Source: an uncultured Actinomycetota bacterium (GTDB lineage Bacteria; Actinomycetota; Actinomycetes; Propionibacteriales; Nocardioidaceae). Taken from it: 64,000 nucleotides of DNA. The DNA is taken from contig CAWCGS010000008.1 of the NCBI GenBank assembly GCA_963795135.1, positions 257,794-321,793 on the forward strand. Reading direction: 5' to 3'. The notes below the pieces were generated by a model, which worked only from the letters and a program-made list of their open reading frames with translations, searched no databases and was not told the origin of the DNA. Positions 38,120 through 48,718 of the stretch are shown here, piece after piece (position 1 is the stretch's first letter; each line of letters begins with the position of its first letter). Both the position numbers and the translations under genes were made by a program.

Positions 38120-39535
38120 ATGTCCGGGACCGAGCTGACCGCGTCGTCGACCGCCCGCGAGATGCGCGACGCCGTGCAGGCGCGGCGAATCTCCGCCCGT
38201 GAGCTGCTCGAGCTGCACCTGGAGCGGATCGCGGAGCGCAACCCCGAGCTGACCGCCGTCGTCGCCCTCGACGCCGAGCGGGCCCGGGCGGGCGCGGCAG
38301 CGGCCGACCAGCATCTCGCCTCGGGGGCGCCGACCGGGCCGCTGCACGGTCTGCCGTTCGCGGTGAAGGACACCCACAACGTCGCCGGGTGGACCACGAC
38401 GTACGGCTCCCGCCTCTTCGCCGACCACGTGCCGGACGCCGACGACCTGATCGTCGAGCGGGTACGTCGGGCCGGGGTGGTGCTGCTGGGCAAGACCAAC
38501 GTGCCGGAGTTCGCGGCCGGGTCGCACACCTTCAACCGGCTCTACGGCACCACCCGCAACCCCGCCGACCCCAGCCGCTCCGCGGGCGGCTCGAGCGGCG
38601 GCGCGGCGGCGGCGCTGGCCTCGGGGATGGTCCCGCTGGCCGACGGGTCCGACATGGGCGGCTCGCTGCGCAACCCCGCGTCGTTCTGCGGCGTCGTCGG
38701 GCTGCGGCCCTCGCTGGGCCGGGTGCCGACCTGGCCCGCGAGCAACCAGTGGGAGACCACCTCGGTCAGCGGCCCCCTCGCCCGCACCGTCGGCGACGTG
38801 GCGCTGCTGCTGTCGGTGGTCGCCGGCCCCGACCCCCGGGTGCCGCTGGCGCTCGGCGACCCGGGCGCGGTCTTCGCGCCCCCCGTCACCGGATCGCTCG
38901 ACGGGCTGCGGGTGGCCTGGTCGCTCGACCTCGGCGGCGCCTTCGAGGTCGACACCGAGGTGGCGCGGGTGACCGAGGAGGCGGGGCGGCTGATGGCGCG
39001 CCACGGGGCCCGGGTCTTCGGCGCCCACCCCGACCTGACCGGGGCCGACGACACCTTCCGCACCCTGCGCGCCTGGCACCTCCACGCGTCGTACGCCGAC
39101 CTGCTGGCCCGGCACCCGCACGAGCTCAAGCAGTCGCTGGCCGACAACATCCGGGCCGGCGAGCCGCTGACGGGTCCCGACGTCGCCGCGGCCTACCGGA
39201 CCCGCACCGAGATCACCGAGCGGATGCGCCGCTTCTTCCTCGACTACGACGTGCTGGTGCTGCCGGTCTCGCAGGTGCCGCCGTTCCCGGTCGACCAGGA
39301 GTACCCGACGTCGATCAACGGCCGTCCGATGACGTCCTACCTCGACTGGATGCGCTCGGCCTACCTGATCTCGGTGACCGGCTGCCCGGCCATCTCGGTG
39401 CCGGCCGGCCGCACCGCCGACGGGCTACCGGTCGGCGTGCAGATCGTCGCCCCGCACGGCGCCGACCGCCGGCTGCTCGAGGTCGCCGCCGCGTTCGAGG
39501 CGGTCTCGGGAGCCGGCACCGGTCACGACTCGTAG
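38120..39535 (+). CDS. Amidase-signature family amidase
   Basis: AVKD, GKTNVPEF, GGSSGG, GSDMGGSLRNPA. Confidence 0.93.
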   Translation: MSGTELTASSTAREMRDAVQARRISARELLELHLERIAERNPELTAVVALDAERARAGAAAADQHLASGAPTGPLHGLPFAVKDTHNVAGWTTTYGSRLFADHVPDADDLIVERVRRAGVVLLGKTNVPEFAAGSHTFNRLYGTTRNPADPSRSAGGSSGGAAAALASGMVPLADGSDMGGSLRNPASFCGVVGLRPSLGRVPTWPASNQWETTSVSGPLARTVGDVALLLSVVAGPDPRVPLALGDPGAVFAPPVTGSLDGLRVAWSLDLGGAFEVDTEVARVTEEAGRLMARHGARVFGAHPDLTGADDTFRTLRAWHLHASYADLLARHPHELKQSLADNIRAGEPLTGPDVAAAYRTRTEITERMRRFFLDYDVLVLPVSQVPPFPVDQEYPTSINGRPMTSYLDWMRSAYLISVTGCPAISVPAGRTADGLPVGVQIVAPHGADRRLLEVAAAFEAVSGAGTGHDS

Positions 39536-40703
39536 GACCGCCCGCCGAGCTTGAGCTGCGACTCCCAGGTCTCGCCGCCCTCGGTCCAGCACATCGTGGC
39601 GCCTTGGGGATCCGTCTCGCAGACCTCCTTCTGCGGCGTCGGCGGCGGCATCGTGATCCCGTGCGGGGTCTCGGTGCACGCACCCGTGCCGGTGTCACAG
39701 GTCGTGACCGCCTGCTCCCCGACCCGGAAGAGGTCGCCCGCAGCGGTCCACCCGTAGTCGTAGACGTAGCCGGGCAACGAGACGTGCTCGCCGGTGTCGA
39801 CCGCGTAGACGTCGAACGAGTCGTCGCCGGCCAGGTCGGCCTCCTCGACCACGGCCACGGCGTAGCGGCCGTCGGGCGAGAGCATGAAGTAGGCGTAGCT
39901 GCTCACCTCGACCCTGAGCAGGGGCTCGCCGTACGCGTCGAGCACCGAGATCTCGTCCTCGCCGTACGTCGTCGTCCGGCCCCGGCCCTGCGGGGCCGAC
40001 GCGTCGCCGAGGTCCTCGACCTCGCCCGAGCGCCAGTCGACGGCGAAGAGGCCGTCGCCGGTCCGGCGTAGACGGTGTCGCCGGCGAGCGTGACCGGCGG
40101 GGCCGCCCACCCGCCGCCGGGATCGGCGCTCGGGAGGGGCACCCGGGCCGCCTCGGTGTCGTCCCGCAGGTCGCGCACCACGACCTCGGCCTCGCCGTCG
40201 GTGACCTCGGCCCAGGCGAGGTAGGGCTGCTCCGGGTCGGTGCCCGGCACGGTCTCCTCGGTGGTGACGCCGATGCGCTCGACGGTGCCGTCGGGCCGCA
40301 CCAACGAGAAGCGCTGGGGCCCGCCGCCGTCGCTGTAGGCGTTGTTGCCGTGCCGGACCAGCACCCCGGACGAGGTGTAGTAGAGCGACTTGATCGCGCG
40401 GTCGTCGATCTCCGCCGTCACCGCGCCGTCCTCGAGGTAGACGGTGGTGCTGAGCGCGAAGACCGCTCCGGCGCCGGTGGACCCGGCGGGGTCGGGAGCC
40501 GAGTCGCCGTCGCGGGTCGAGCCCGTGAGCCCGAGGGCACCCGCGCCGACCACGACGGCCGCGGTCAGCGCCGCCGTGGCGGTGAGGGCCTGACGACGAC
40601 GGCGGGCGCCGCGGCCGCGACGCAGGACCGACGCGGCGTCCGGGGGTGGGATGTCGAGGCCGTCGGCCTCGGCGTGCAGCAGGTGGGCGAGTCGCTCAGT
40701 CAT
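39523..40703 (-). CDS. Putative anti-sigma/membrane-anchored protein, frameshift near 40062
   Basis: MTERLAHLLH...RRGRGARRRR plus TM helix; continues in a second frame (TGDGLFAVDW...); overlaps the sigma gene stop. Confidence 0.7.
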
Positions 40704-41259
40704 GGGTGCCTCCCCGGGCCGGGCGGCCCGGTCTCTCGGGGCCGGTGGTGCTGGGATGGGGGACCACGGCGTCGCCGAGCAGCGTGCGCAGGCGCGCCAG
40801 CCCGTCGTACGTCTGGCTCTTGACCGTGCCCTCGGAGCAGCCGAGGGCACGGGCGGTCTCGGCGACGCTCAGGTCCTCGTAGTAGCGGAGCACGACGGCC
40901 GCGCGCTGCCGCGGGGCGAGCTGCGCGAGGGCGTCGACCAGGGCGGGCCGGTCGGTCGGGTCGGGCCCGGCACGGCCGCCGTCCGGCTCCGGCAGGACCT
41001 CGGTCGGCCGTTCGTTGCGCCACTCCTTGCGGCGGAACCACGACGACGCCGTGTTGACCACCGCCGTGCGGGCGTAGGCGGGCGCGGCCGAGACGTCGCG
41101 CACCCGGCCCCACGACGCGTACGTCTTGGCCAGCGCGGTCTGGACGAGGTCCTCGGCGAGGCCCCGCTCACCCACCAGCAGGTAGGCGGTGCGGTAGAGC
41201 GAGGCCCACGAGGCGTGGACGAGCTCGGTGAACTCGGCGTCCGAGGGTGGACGGGACAT
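40696..41259 (-). CDS. ECF RNA polymerase sigma factor (SigE family)
   Basis: LYRTAYLL, AEDLVQTAL, VVLRYYEDLS...EGTVKSQ. Confidence 0.93.
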   Translation of the reverse strand: MSRPPSDAEFTELVHASWASLYRTAYLLVGERGLAEDLVQTALAKTYASWGRVRDVSAAPAYARTAVVNTASSWFRRKEWRNERPTEVLPEPDGGRAGPDPTDRPALVDALAQLAPRQRAAVVLRYYEDLSVAETARALGCSEGTVKSQTYDGLARLRTLLGDAVVPHPSTTGPERPGRPARGGTHD

Positions 41260-41332
41260 CGGCGACTCCCTTGCTGGTCACCTCTTCAGACGCGGCAGCC
41301 GGCCGCCGGGTTGGGTGCGTGTCGCAGCAGCC

Positions 41333-42052
41333 TCAGCCGGTGTCGCCGAACTGCTCCACGCGGATCGTGTCGGCGCGCACGCCGACCTCGCCGAGCAGGC
41401 GGGTGGCGTAGGAGGCGAAGCCGACCGAGCCGCAGACGTAGGCACGCTCGGCGCCCTCGACGAGCGCCGTGAGCTCGTCGGGGTACGGCGGGGCGGCGAC
41501 GCGGTCGTCGAGGTTCTCGCGGGTCAGCGCCACGAACGCGCCCGCCGCACGCAGCTCGGCGGCGTAGGGCAGGCGGGCCAGGGTCTGCGCGACCGCGACC
41601 ACCCGCAACCGGTCGGTGAGGCCGTGGCGGGCGGCGTGGCGCAGCATCGCCACCACCGGGACCACGCCGGTGCCGCCCGCGACGCAGACCGCCGGCACGT
41701 CACCGGTCCAGGTGAACCAGCCGCCGATCGGCCCGCGCAGCTCCAGCTCGTCACCGACCGCGGCGACGTCGTGCAGGTGGCCCGACACCTCGCCGTCGGG
41801 CAGGCACTCGACCATCAGCTCCAGCAGCGGGTCGGCGGGATCGGAGGCGACCGAGTAGGACCGCTGGGCGGTGTAGTCGTCGGGCGCCCGCAGCCGCACG
41901 ACGTAGTGCTGGCCGGGCTGGTGGTCGACCCGGTCGGCCACGTCGAGCCGCAGCCGCACCAGCGGCACCTGCGCGTCGCCGCCGTGCTCGAGCTCCACGA
42001 TCCGCCCGGTCGTCCACGGCCCGACCGGTGGCCCCACGGGCGGCACCGTCAC
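41333..42052 (-). CDS. FAD/NAD-binding ferredoxin-reductase-like oxidoreductase
   Basis: PGQHY, RSYSVAS, GGTGVVP, YVCGS, EQFG; GTGA coupling to the upstream gene. Confidence 0.9.
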   Translation of the reverse strand: MTVPPVGPPVGPWTTGRIVELEHGGDAQVPLVRLRLDVADRVDHQPGQHYVVRLRAPDDYTAQRSYSVASDPADPLLELMVECLPDGEVSGHLHDVAAVGDELELRGPIGGWFTWTGDVPAVCVAGGTGVVPVVAMLRHAARHGLTDRLRVVAVAQTLARLPYAAELRAAGAFVALTRENLDDRVAAPPYPDELTALVEGAERAYVCGSVGFASYATRLLGEVGVRADTIRVEQFGDTG

Positions 42053-42669
42053 GGGTCGCCCTGGTAGCGCTGCTCCAGCCACGGGTCGCCGCGGTCGTGG
42101 TAGCCGTTCTGCTCCCAGAAGCCCGGCCGGTCCGCGGCCATCAGCTCCAGGCGGGTCACCCACTTGGCCGACTTCCAGAAGTACAGGTGCGGCACGAGCA
42201 GCCGCACGGGCCCGCCGTGGTCGACGGCCAGCGGCCGGCCGTCGAACTCCCACACCACCCAGGCCCGCCCGCCGGTGACGTCGGCGATGGGCAGGTTGGT
42301 GGTGTAGCCGGTGGTCGAGTGGGCCATCACGTACGCCGCCTCGGGCAGCGGCCCGGCCGCGTCGAGCAGGGTGTCGACGCTGACGCCGGCGAAGGTCGTG
42401 TCGAACTTGCTCCACGTGGTCACGCAGTGGATGTCGCCCGTGTACGTCGACCCGGGCAGCGCGCGGATCTCGCGCCAGTCCCACGTGCGCGGCGTCCCGA
42501 CGAGGCCGTCGACGCTCATCGTCCAGCGCTCGGGGTCGAGGTGCGGGGTGACCTCGGCGGTGAGCGCCGGCCACTCGGCCCCGACGTCGTACTGACCAGG
42601 GGGGAGACGCTCGGCGTGCTGGCGCCGCTGCTCGCGACGACGGCCGGTGAAACCACGGGTGACGGGCAC
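42049..42669 (-). CDS. Sulfite oxidase-like molybdopterin oxidoreductase
   Basis: RLPPGQ, DIHCVTTWS, HGGPVRL, WKSAKW, GFWEQNGYH. Confidence 0.92.
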   Translation of the reverse strand: MPVTRGFTGRRREQRRQHAERLPPGQYDVGAEWPALTAEVTPHLDPERWTMSVDGLVGTPRTWDWREIRALPGSTYTGDIHCVTTWSKFDTTFAGVSVDTLLDAAGPLPEAAYVMAHSTTGYTTNLPIADVTGGRAWVVWEFDGRPLAVDHGGPVRLLVPHLYFWKSAKWVTRLELMAADRPGFWEQNGYHDRGDPWLEQRYQGDP

Positions 42670-42720
42670 GCTCGGGAGTCTCCCAGAGCAGCCTCGGCGC
42701 GCGGGTGACAGGCTGGGGAC

Positions 42721-43344
42721 GTGCCGTCCCCGCGCCGTCTGCTGCTGCTCCTCCTCGGGTGCGTCGTCCTCGGCATCGGGGTCGCCCTGCTGCTCACCGC
42801 CGACCTCGGCTCCGACGGCTACTCGACGCTGGTCAACGGGCTCTCGATCGGCACCGGGATCTCCTTCAGCCTCGCCAACCTGGTCGTGGGCGTGACGTTC
42901 GTGGCTCTGGCCGCCGTGCGGGGGGTCCGCCCCGGCTTCGGCACCGTCGTGCAGGTGGTCGTGGTCGGGATCGTGGTGTCGGTGATCCTCGGCGCGACCT
43001 CGCCGGCCGAGCACCTCCTGGCGCAGGCGCTGCTGCTGGCGGCGGCGTTCCCGGTGCTGGCGGTCGGGATCGCGGCCTACCTCGGCAGCCACAGCGGCGC
43101 CGGTCCGGCCGAGGCGATGGCCCTGGCCTGGGACCCGCCGGTGCCGTTCCGGTGGAGCTACAGCCTGGTCCAGGGTGGGGGAGCGCTGGTCGGCTGGCTG
43201 CTCGGCGCGACGGTCGGACCCGGCACGATCGCGGTCATCGTGCTGCTCGGGCCGGGGGTCGACCTGGCCAGCCGGCTGCTGCGGCTCGAGGTGCACCAGG
43301 GCCCGCCACCGGCCCCCGGTCAGCAGGAGGCGGCCCGCTCCTAG
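42721..43344 (+). CDS. YczE/YitT-like membrane protein
   Basis: ADLGSDG, PGFGT, GAGP, GATVGPGT; hydrophobic throughout. Confidence 0.78.
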   Translation: MPSPRRLLLLLLGCVVLGIGVALLLTADLGSDGYSTLVNGLSIGTGISFSLANLVVGVTFVALAAVRGVRPGFGTVVQVVVVGIVVSVILGATSPAEHLLAQALLLAAAFPVLAVGIAAYLGSHSGAGPAEAMALAWDPPVPFRWSYSLVQGGGALVGWLLGATVGPGTIAVIVLLGPGVDLASRLLRLEVHQGPPPAPGQQEAARS

Positions 43345-43353
43345 GATGAGCGC

Positions 43354-43653
43354 ATGCCCGAGATCACTAGGACCGAGGTCGCCCACCTCGCGACCCTGGC
43401 GCGGATCGACCTCGACGACGCCGAGCTCGACCACCTCGCCCCGCAGCTGTCGGTGATCCTGGAGTCGGTCGCCTCGATCGCCGGGGTCGCCGGCGACGAC
43501 GTGCCCCCGACCTCCCACCCGATGCCGCTCACCAACGTCTTCCGCGAGGACGTCGTGGTGCCCGGGCTCACCGCCGAGGAGGCGCTCTCCGGCGCCCCCG
43601 AGGTCGAGGAGCAGCGCTTCTCCGTGCCGCGCATCCTGGGGGACGAGCAGTGA
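43354..43653 (+). CDS. gatC: Asp/Glu-tRNA amidotransferase subunit C
   Basis: [23 protein letters not shown]. Confidence 0.96.
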   Translation: MPEITRTEVAHLATLARIDLDDAELDHLAPQLSVILESVASIAGVAGDDVPPTSHPMPLTNVFREDVVVPGLTAEEALSGAPEVEEQRFSVPRILGDEQ

Positions 43654-45239
43654 GCACCCCCGACCGCACCCGCAGCACAGCCGCGGACCTCGCCGCCGAC
43701 CTCGCCTCCGGCGCGGTCACCTCGGTCGACCTCACCCAGGCCCACCTCGACCGGATCGCCGCGGTCGACGGTGCCGTGCACGCCTTCCTGCACGTCGACG
43801 CCGAGGGCGCGCTCGAGCAGGCCGCCGCGTCCGACGCGCGCCGCGCCGCCGGCTCGCCGGCCAGCGACCTCGACGGCGTACCGATCGCGGTCAAGGACGT
43901 GCTCGCCACCCGCGGGCTGCCCACGACGTGCGGCTCGAAGATCCTCGAGGGCTGGGTCCCGCCGTACGACGCCACCGTGGTCACGCGGCTGCGCGAGGCC
44001 GGCCTGCCGATCCTGGGCAAGACCAACATGGACGAGTTCGCGATGGGCTCCTCCACCGAGCACTCCGCCTACGGCCCGACCCGCAACCCCTGGGACCTCG
44101 ACCGGATCCCCGGCGGCTCCGGCGGCGGCTCCGCGGCCGCGCTGGCGGCGTACGAGGCTCCGCTCGCGCTCGGCACCGACACCGGCGGCTCGATCCGCCA
44201 GCCCGGCGCGGTCACCGGCACCGTCGGGGTGAAGCCGACGTACGGCTCGGTCTCGCGCTACGGCCTCGTCGCGCTGGCCAACTCCCTCGACCAGGTCGGG
44301 CCGGTCACCCGCACCGTGCTCGACGCGGCGATGCTGCACGAGCTGATCGGCGGCCACGACCCCCGAGACTCCACCTCGATCCGCGACGCCGTCCCCGACC
44401 TCACCGACGCGGCCCGGCTCGGCGCGACCGGCGACCTGAGCGGCGTGCGCGTCGGCGTGGTCACCGAGCTCGGCGGGGACGGCTACCAGGACGGCGTGCT
44501 CCAGCGCTTCCAGGAGTCGGTCGACCTGATGGTCGCGGCCGGCGCCGAGGTGGTCGAGGTGTCGTGCCCGAGCTTCGTGCACGCGCTGGCGACCTACTAC
44601 CTCATCCTCCCGGCCGAGGCGTCGAGCAACCTCGCGAAGTTCGACGCGATGCGCTACGGCCTGCGGGTGCTGCCCGAGGGCATCGACGCCCCGTCGGCCG
44701 AGGAGGTGATGCGGGCCACCCGCGACGCCGGCTTCGGCGACGAGGTGAAGCGCCGGATCATCCTCGGCACCTACGCGCTCTCCAGCGGCTACTACGACGC
44801 CTACTACGGGCAGGCCCAGAAGGTGCGCACGCTGATCGCCCGCGACTTCGACGCCGCGTTCACGCAGGCCGACGTGCTGGTCTCGCCGACCTCGCCCACC
44901 ACGGCCTTCAAGCTCGGCGAGAAGCTCGACGACCCGATGGCGATGTACCTCAACGACCTCGCCACGATCCCGGCCAACCTGTCGGGCGTGCCCGGCATCT
45001 CGGTGCCGAGCGGCCTCGCCGACGAGGACGGGCTGCCCGCGGCCGTCCAGGTCCTCGCCCCGACCATGGCCGACGACCGGGTCTACCGCGTCGGCGCCGC
45101 CCTCGAGGCGCTCCTGCGCGAGAAGTGGGGCGGCCCCCTCCTCGACCAGGCCCCCTCGCTGGTCGAGCTCGCCTCGTCGTTGGTAGACCAGGCCCGCTCG
45201 TTGGTCGAGCCTGTCGAGACCCACGGAGGCGCACGATGA
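43650..45239 (+). CDS. gatA: Asp/Glu-tRNA amidotransferase subunit A
   Basis: [37 protein letters not shown]. Confidence 0.97.
   Translation: MSTPDRTRSTAADLAADLASGAVTSVDLTQAHLDRIAAVDGAVHAFLHVDAEGALEQAAASDARRAAGSPASDLDGVPIAVKDVLATRGLPTTCGSKILEGWVPPYDATVVTRLREAGLPILGKTNMDEFAMGSSTEHSAYGPTRNPWDLDRIPGGSGGGSAAALAAYEAPLALGTDTGGSIRQPGAVTGTVGVKPTYGSVSRYGLVALANSLDQVGPVTRTVLDAAMLHELIGGHDPRDSTSIRDAVPDLTDAARLGATGDLSGVRVGVVTELGGDGYQDGVLQRFQESVDLMVAAGAEVVEVSCPSFVHALATYYLILPAEASSNLAKFDAMRYGLRVLPEGIDAPSAEEVMRATRDAGFGDEVKRRIILGTYALSSGYYDAYYGQAQKVRTLIARDFDAAFTQADVLVSPTSPTTAFKLGEKLDDPMAMYLNDLATIPANLSGVPGISVPSGLADEDGLPAAVQVLAPTMADDRVYRVGAALEALLREKWGGPLLDQAPSLVELASSLVDQARSLVEPVETHGGAR
45144..45221 (+). repeat. 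Degenerate 21/42-bp duplication ending in the short REP GGTCGAGCCTGTCGAGACC, within the gatA 3' end
   Basis: GACCAGGCCC(C/G)CTCG(C/T)TGGTCGAGC at 45144 and 45186; REP at 45203-45221. Confidence 0.75.
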
Positions 45240-46741
45240 CCGCGACACCGACCACCCTGGTCCCCTTCGACGAGGTGCTCGAGCGCTACGACCCCGCCCT
45301 CGGGCTCGAGGTGCACGTCGAGCTCAACACCCACACCAAGATGTTCTGCGGGTGCCCCGCCTCCTTCGGCGAGGAGCCCAACACCTCGGTGTGCCCGGTC
45401 TGCCTCGGCCTGCCCGGCGCGATGCCGGTGGTCAACGGCACGGCGGTCGAGTCGGCGATCCGGATCGGGCTCGCACTCAACTGCGAGATCGCCGAGTGGT
45501 GCCGCTTCGCGCGGAAGAACTACTTCTACCCCGACATGCCGAAGAACTTCCAGACCAGCCAGTACGACGAGCCGATCTGCTTCGAGGGCTACATGGACGT
45601 CACGCTGCCCGACGGCGAGACCTTCCGGGTCGAGATCGAGCGCGCCCACATGGAGGAGGACACCGGCAAGTCGCTGCACGTCGGCGGCGCCACCGGTCGC
45701 ATCCACGGGGCCGACCACTCGCTGGTCGACTACAACCGGGCCGGCATCCCGCTGATCGAGATCGTCACGAAGCCGATCATGGGCGCCGGCGCGAAGGCCC
45801 CGCTGGTCGCCCGCGAGTACGTCTCCCAGCTGCGCGACCTGATCGTCGCCCTCGGGGTCTCCGAGGCGCGGATGGACCAGGGCAACCTGCGTGCCGACGT
45901 CAACCTCTCGCTCGCGCCGGTCGGCACCGGCACCCTCGGCACCCGCACCGAGACCAAGAACGTCAACTCGTTCCGCTCGGTCGAGCGCGCGGTCCGCCAC
46001 GAGATGTCGCGGCACGCCGGCGTCCTCGACGACGGCGGCTCGATCCTCCAGGAGACCCGCCACTGGCACGAGGACACCGGGGTCACCACGAGCGGACGCG
46101 AGAAGTCCGACGCCGACGACTACCGCTACTTCCCCGAGCCCGACCTGGTGCCGGTCGCCCCGTCCCGCGAGTGGGTCGAGGAGCTGCGCGGCACCCTGCC
46201 CGAGAACCCCGCGGCCCGACGTACCCGGCTCCAGACCGCGTGGGGCTTCTCCGACCTCGAGATGCGCGACACCGTGGGTGCCGGGGCGCTGGGCCTGGTG
46301 GCCGAGACGATCGACGCCGGCGCCTCCCCGCAGGCCGCCCGCAAGTGGTGGCTCTCCGAGCTCGCCCGCCGCGCCAACGACACCGGCGTGGAGATCGCCG
46401 AGCTCGGGGTCACCCCGGCCGACGTGGCCGGCGTCCAGGCGCTGGTCGACGCCGGCACGATCAACGACAAGCTGGCCCGCCAGGTCTTCGACGGGCTGCT
46501 CGCCGGCGAGGGCACGCCCGAGGAGATCGTCGCGGCCCGCGGGCTCGCCGTGGTGTCCGACGACGGAGCCCTCGGCGCGGCGGTGGACGCCGCCATCGCC
46601 GCCAACCCCGACGTGGCCGACAAGATCCGCGACGGCAAGGTCGCCGCCGCGGGCGCGCTCATCGGTGCGGTGATGAAGGAGATGCGCGGCCAGGCCGACG
46701 CCGGCCGGGTGCGCGAGCTGATCCTCGAGAAGCTGGCCTGA
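45236..46741 (+). CDS. gatB: Asp/Glu-tRNA amidotransferase subunit B
   Basis: [34 protein letters not shown]. Confidence 0.97.
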   Translation: MTATPTTLVPFDEVLERYDPALGLEVHVELNTHTKMFCGCPASFGEEPNTSVCPVCLGLPGAMPVVNGTAVESAIRIGLALNCEIAEWCRFARKNYFYPDMPKNFQTSQYDEPICFEGYMDVTLPDGETFRVEIERAHMEEDTGKSLHVGGATGRIHGADHSLVDYNRAGIPLIEIVTKPIMGAGAKAPLVAREYVSQLRDLIVALGVSEARMDQGNLRADVNLSLAPVGTGTLGTRTETKNVNSFRSVERAVRHEMSRHAGVLDDGGSILQETRHWHEDTGVTTSGREKSDADDYRYFPEPDLVPVAPSREWVEELRGTLPENPAARRTRLQTAWGFSDLEMRDTVGAGALGLVAETIDAGASPQAARKWWLSELARRANDTGVEIAELGVTPADVAGVQALVDAGTINDKLARQVFDGLLAGEGTPEEIVAARGLAVVSDDGALGAAVDAAIAANPDVADKIRDGKVAAAGALIGAVMKEMRGQADAGRVRELILEKLA

Positions 46742-46759
46742 CCTGAGACGGGCCGACGG

Positions 46760-46778
46760 GGTCTCGGCAGGCTCGACC
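46760..46778 (-). repeat. Short REP copy, inverted relative to 45203-45221
   Basis: Reverse complement GGTCGAGCCTGCCGAGACC, 18/19 identical. Confidence 0.75.
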
Positions 46779-46888
46779 ACCGGGGTCGCGGCGGCATGCG
46801 GCGGGTCGTGTGCCTCACATCGGACCGGACGGCGTTCTCAGGCACACGACTTCCGGGGTACGCTGCGCCCGCCAAGCACCACTCATCA

Positions 46889-46995
46889 CGCTCGTGGCGG
46901 GGAAAGCCGGTCCAAGTCCGGCACTGACCCGCAACCGTAGGCCCGCACCTCGTCGATCGACGGAGTGCGAGCAAGTCGGAACACCCACCACGACG
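46889..46995 (+). ncRNA. Cobalamin riboswitch
   Basis: GGGAAAGCCGGTCCAAGTCCGGCACTGACCCGCAACCGTA core and B12-box-like AAGTCGGAACACC, upstream of the ECF operon; boundaries approximate. Confidence 0.88.
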
Positions 46996-47078
46996 CGTCC
47001 TGATCACCAACGCTGTCGTGGAAAACAGCGGGTGGATCCTCGCGGAGCCTCCCGTCGTGTGCAGCGGGAAGGAACCAC

Positions 47079-48717
47079 ATGTCTCCCCTCGTGGCGCGCC
47101 GTGCCGGCGCCCTCGTCCTGGCCGGAGCCCTCACCGGCGCCGTGCTCAGCCCCACCGCGGCCTCGGCCGCCGCGCCCGGCGGTCCGCCCACCGGCCCCTC
47201 GGCCGCCGCCGGCGCCTGGATCGCCGGCCAGCTCGGCGCCAACGGACTGCTGCCGGGCCAGTTCGGCCCCGACTTCCCCGACTACGGGCTGACCATCGAC
47301 GCCGCCCTCGCCATCGACGCCGTCGGCGGGCCGCAGGCCGCGGTGCAGCAGATCGCCGGCGCGATCGAGGAGAACGTCGACAGCTACATCGGCTACGACT
47401 ACACCTTCGAAGGCGTGCGCTACTACGGCGACGTCGCCGGCGCGACGGCCAAGGCGGCGGTGCTGGCCCGGACGGCGGGCGCCGACGAGACGGACTTCGG
47501 CGGCACCGACCTCGTGGAGCGGCTGGAGTCGCTGACGATCGACGACGGCGCCACCGCGGGTCGGATCTTCGACACCGCTCAGGGCGAGCCCGACTACGCG
47601 TACGCCAACACCATCAGCCAGTCCTTCGCCGCCCGCGCGCTCACCGACGCCGCCAGCCCCGAGGCCGCGGCCGCGACCGACTTCCTGCTCGCCCAGCAGT
47701 GCAGCGAGGGCTTCTTCCGGCTGAGCTTCTCCGACATCGACGCGGCCGACCAGACCTGCGACTCCGACCCCGACGCCGCCGGCGACACCGACGTGACGGC
47801 GTTCGCGCTGCTGGCGCTGGTCGAGCAGGCCGGTGACCCGGACGTCGACACGGCGATCGCGGCCACCGTCGGCTGGCTCGAGGGCACGCAGGCCGCTGAC
47901 GGCTCCTTCGGCGGCGGCGTCGCCACCGAGAGCGCCAACGCCAACAGCACCGGCCTGGCCGGGTGGGCGCTCGGCGAGGCCGGCGCGGACGCCGCCGCCG
48001 CGGACGCCGCGGCGTGGGTGGCTGCGCTCCAGGCCCCCGCCGACACCGCCTGCCTCACCGGCCCGCTCGCGGCGGAAGCCGGGGCCATCGCCTACGACCA
48101 GGCCGCTCTCACTGCTGGCGAGGCCGACGGCATCTCCGCAGAGCTGGGCGACCAGTGGCGGCGTACGACGGCCCAGGCCCTGCCCGTCCTGCAGCACCTG
48201 GAGGGAGTGGCAGCCGTCAACGCGCTGCGGCTCGTCGGTCCCCGCGGCTTCCAGCGCGCCCGGTCCAGCGTGGACCTGACCGTCCGTGGTCTCGGTGCCG
48301 TGGGCGACGGCTGCGTCACGGGCCCCGGCGCCAAGGCGGCCGTGACCGGCGCTGCCCCGTCCGCCTCGATCAAGCTGCCGGGCGGCACCGGTGAGCGCAC
48401 CTACACCGCCTCCTGGCTCGGCGACCCCGCCACGACCACCGTCAAGGTCCTCGGCGCCACCAAGCTCGCCGTCGACGCGAAGCGCGGCAGCGGTCAAGGC
48501 CGGTCGCAAGCAGGTCGTCAAGGTCACGGGCCTGGTCCAGGGCGAGAAGGTCACGGTCTTCCTGCGCGGCCGCAAGGTCGACACCGGGCGCGCGTCGCGC
48601 TCGGGTCGCTTCACGGCCCGCTTCGTGGTGCGCGGCAAGCCGGGCCGGGCGAAGGTCAAGGCCGTCGGTCACTTCGGCAACCGCCGGGGCACCGACGCCT
48701 TCCGCGTGGTGCGGTGA
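47079..48717 (+). CDS. Secreted prenyltransferase/squalene-cyclase-repeat (alpha/alpha toroid) protein, frameshift near 48486
   Basis: Signal peptide; FLLAQQCSEGFF and WLEGTQAADGSFG QW-like repeats; NANSTGLA; basic C-terminal beta domain in the next frame. Confidence 0.78.
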
Positions 48718-48718
48718 C

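Noticed and set aside
45203-46778. Transposon carrying gatB between inverted repeats
   Set aside because: No transposase or target duplication; gatCAB is intact and the repeats belong to a dispersed family
47079-48717. Squalene-hopene cyclase or terpene biosynthesis gene
   Set aside because: Has a signal peptide, no DXDD catalytic motif was seen, and it lies under a B12 riboswitch in a transporter operon
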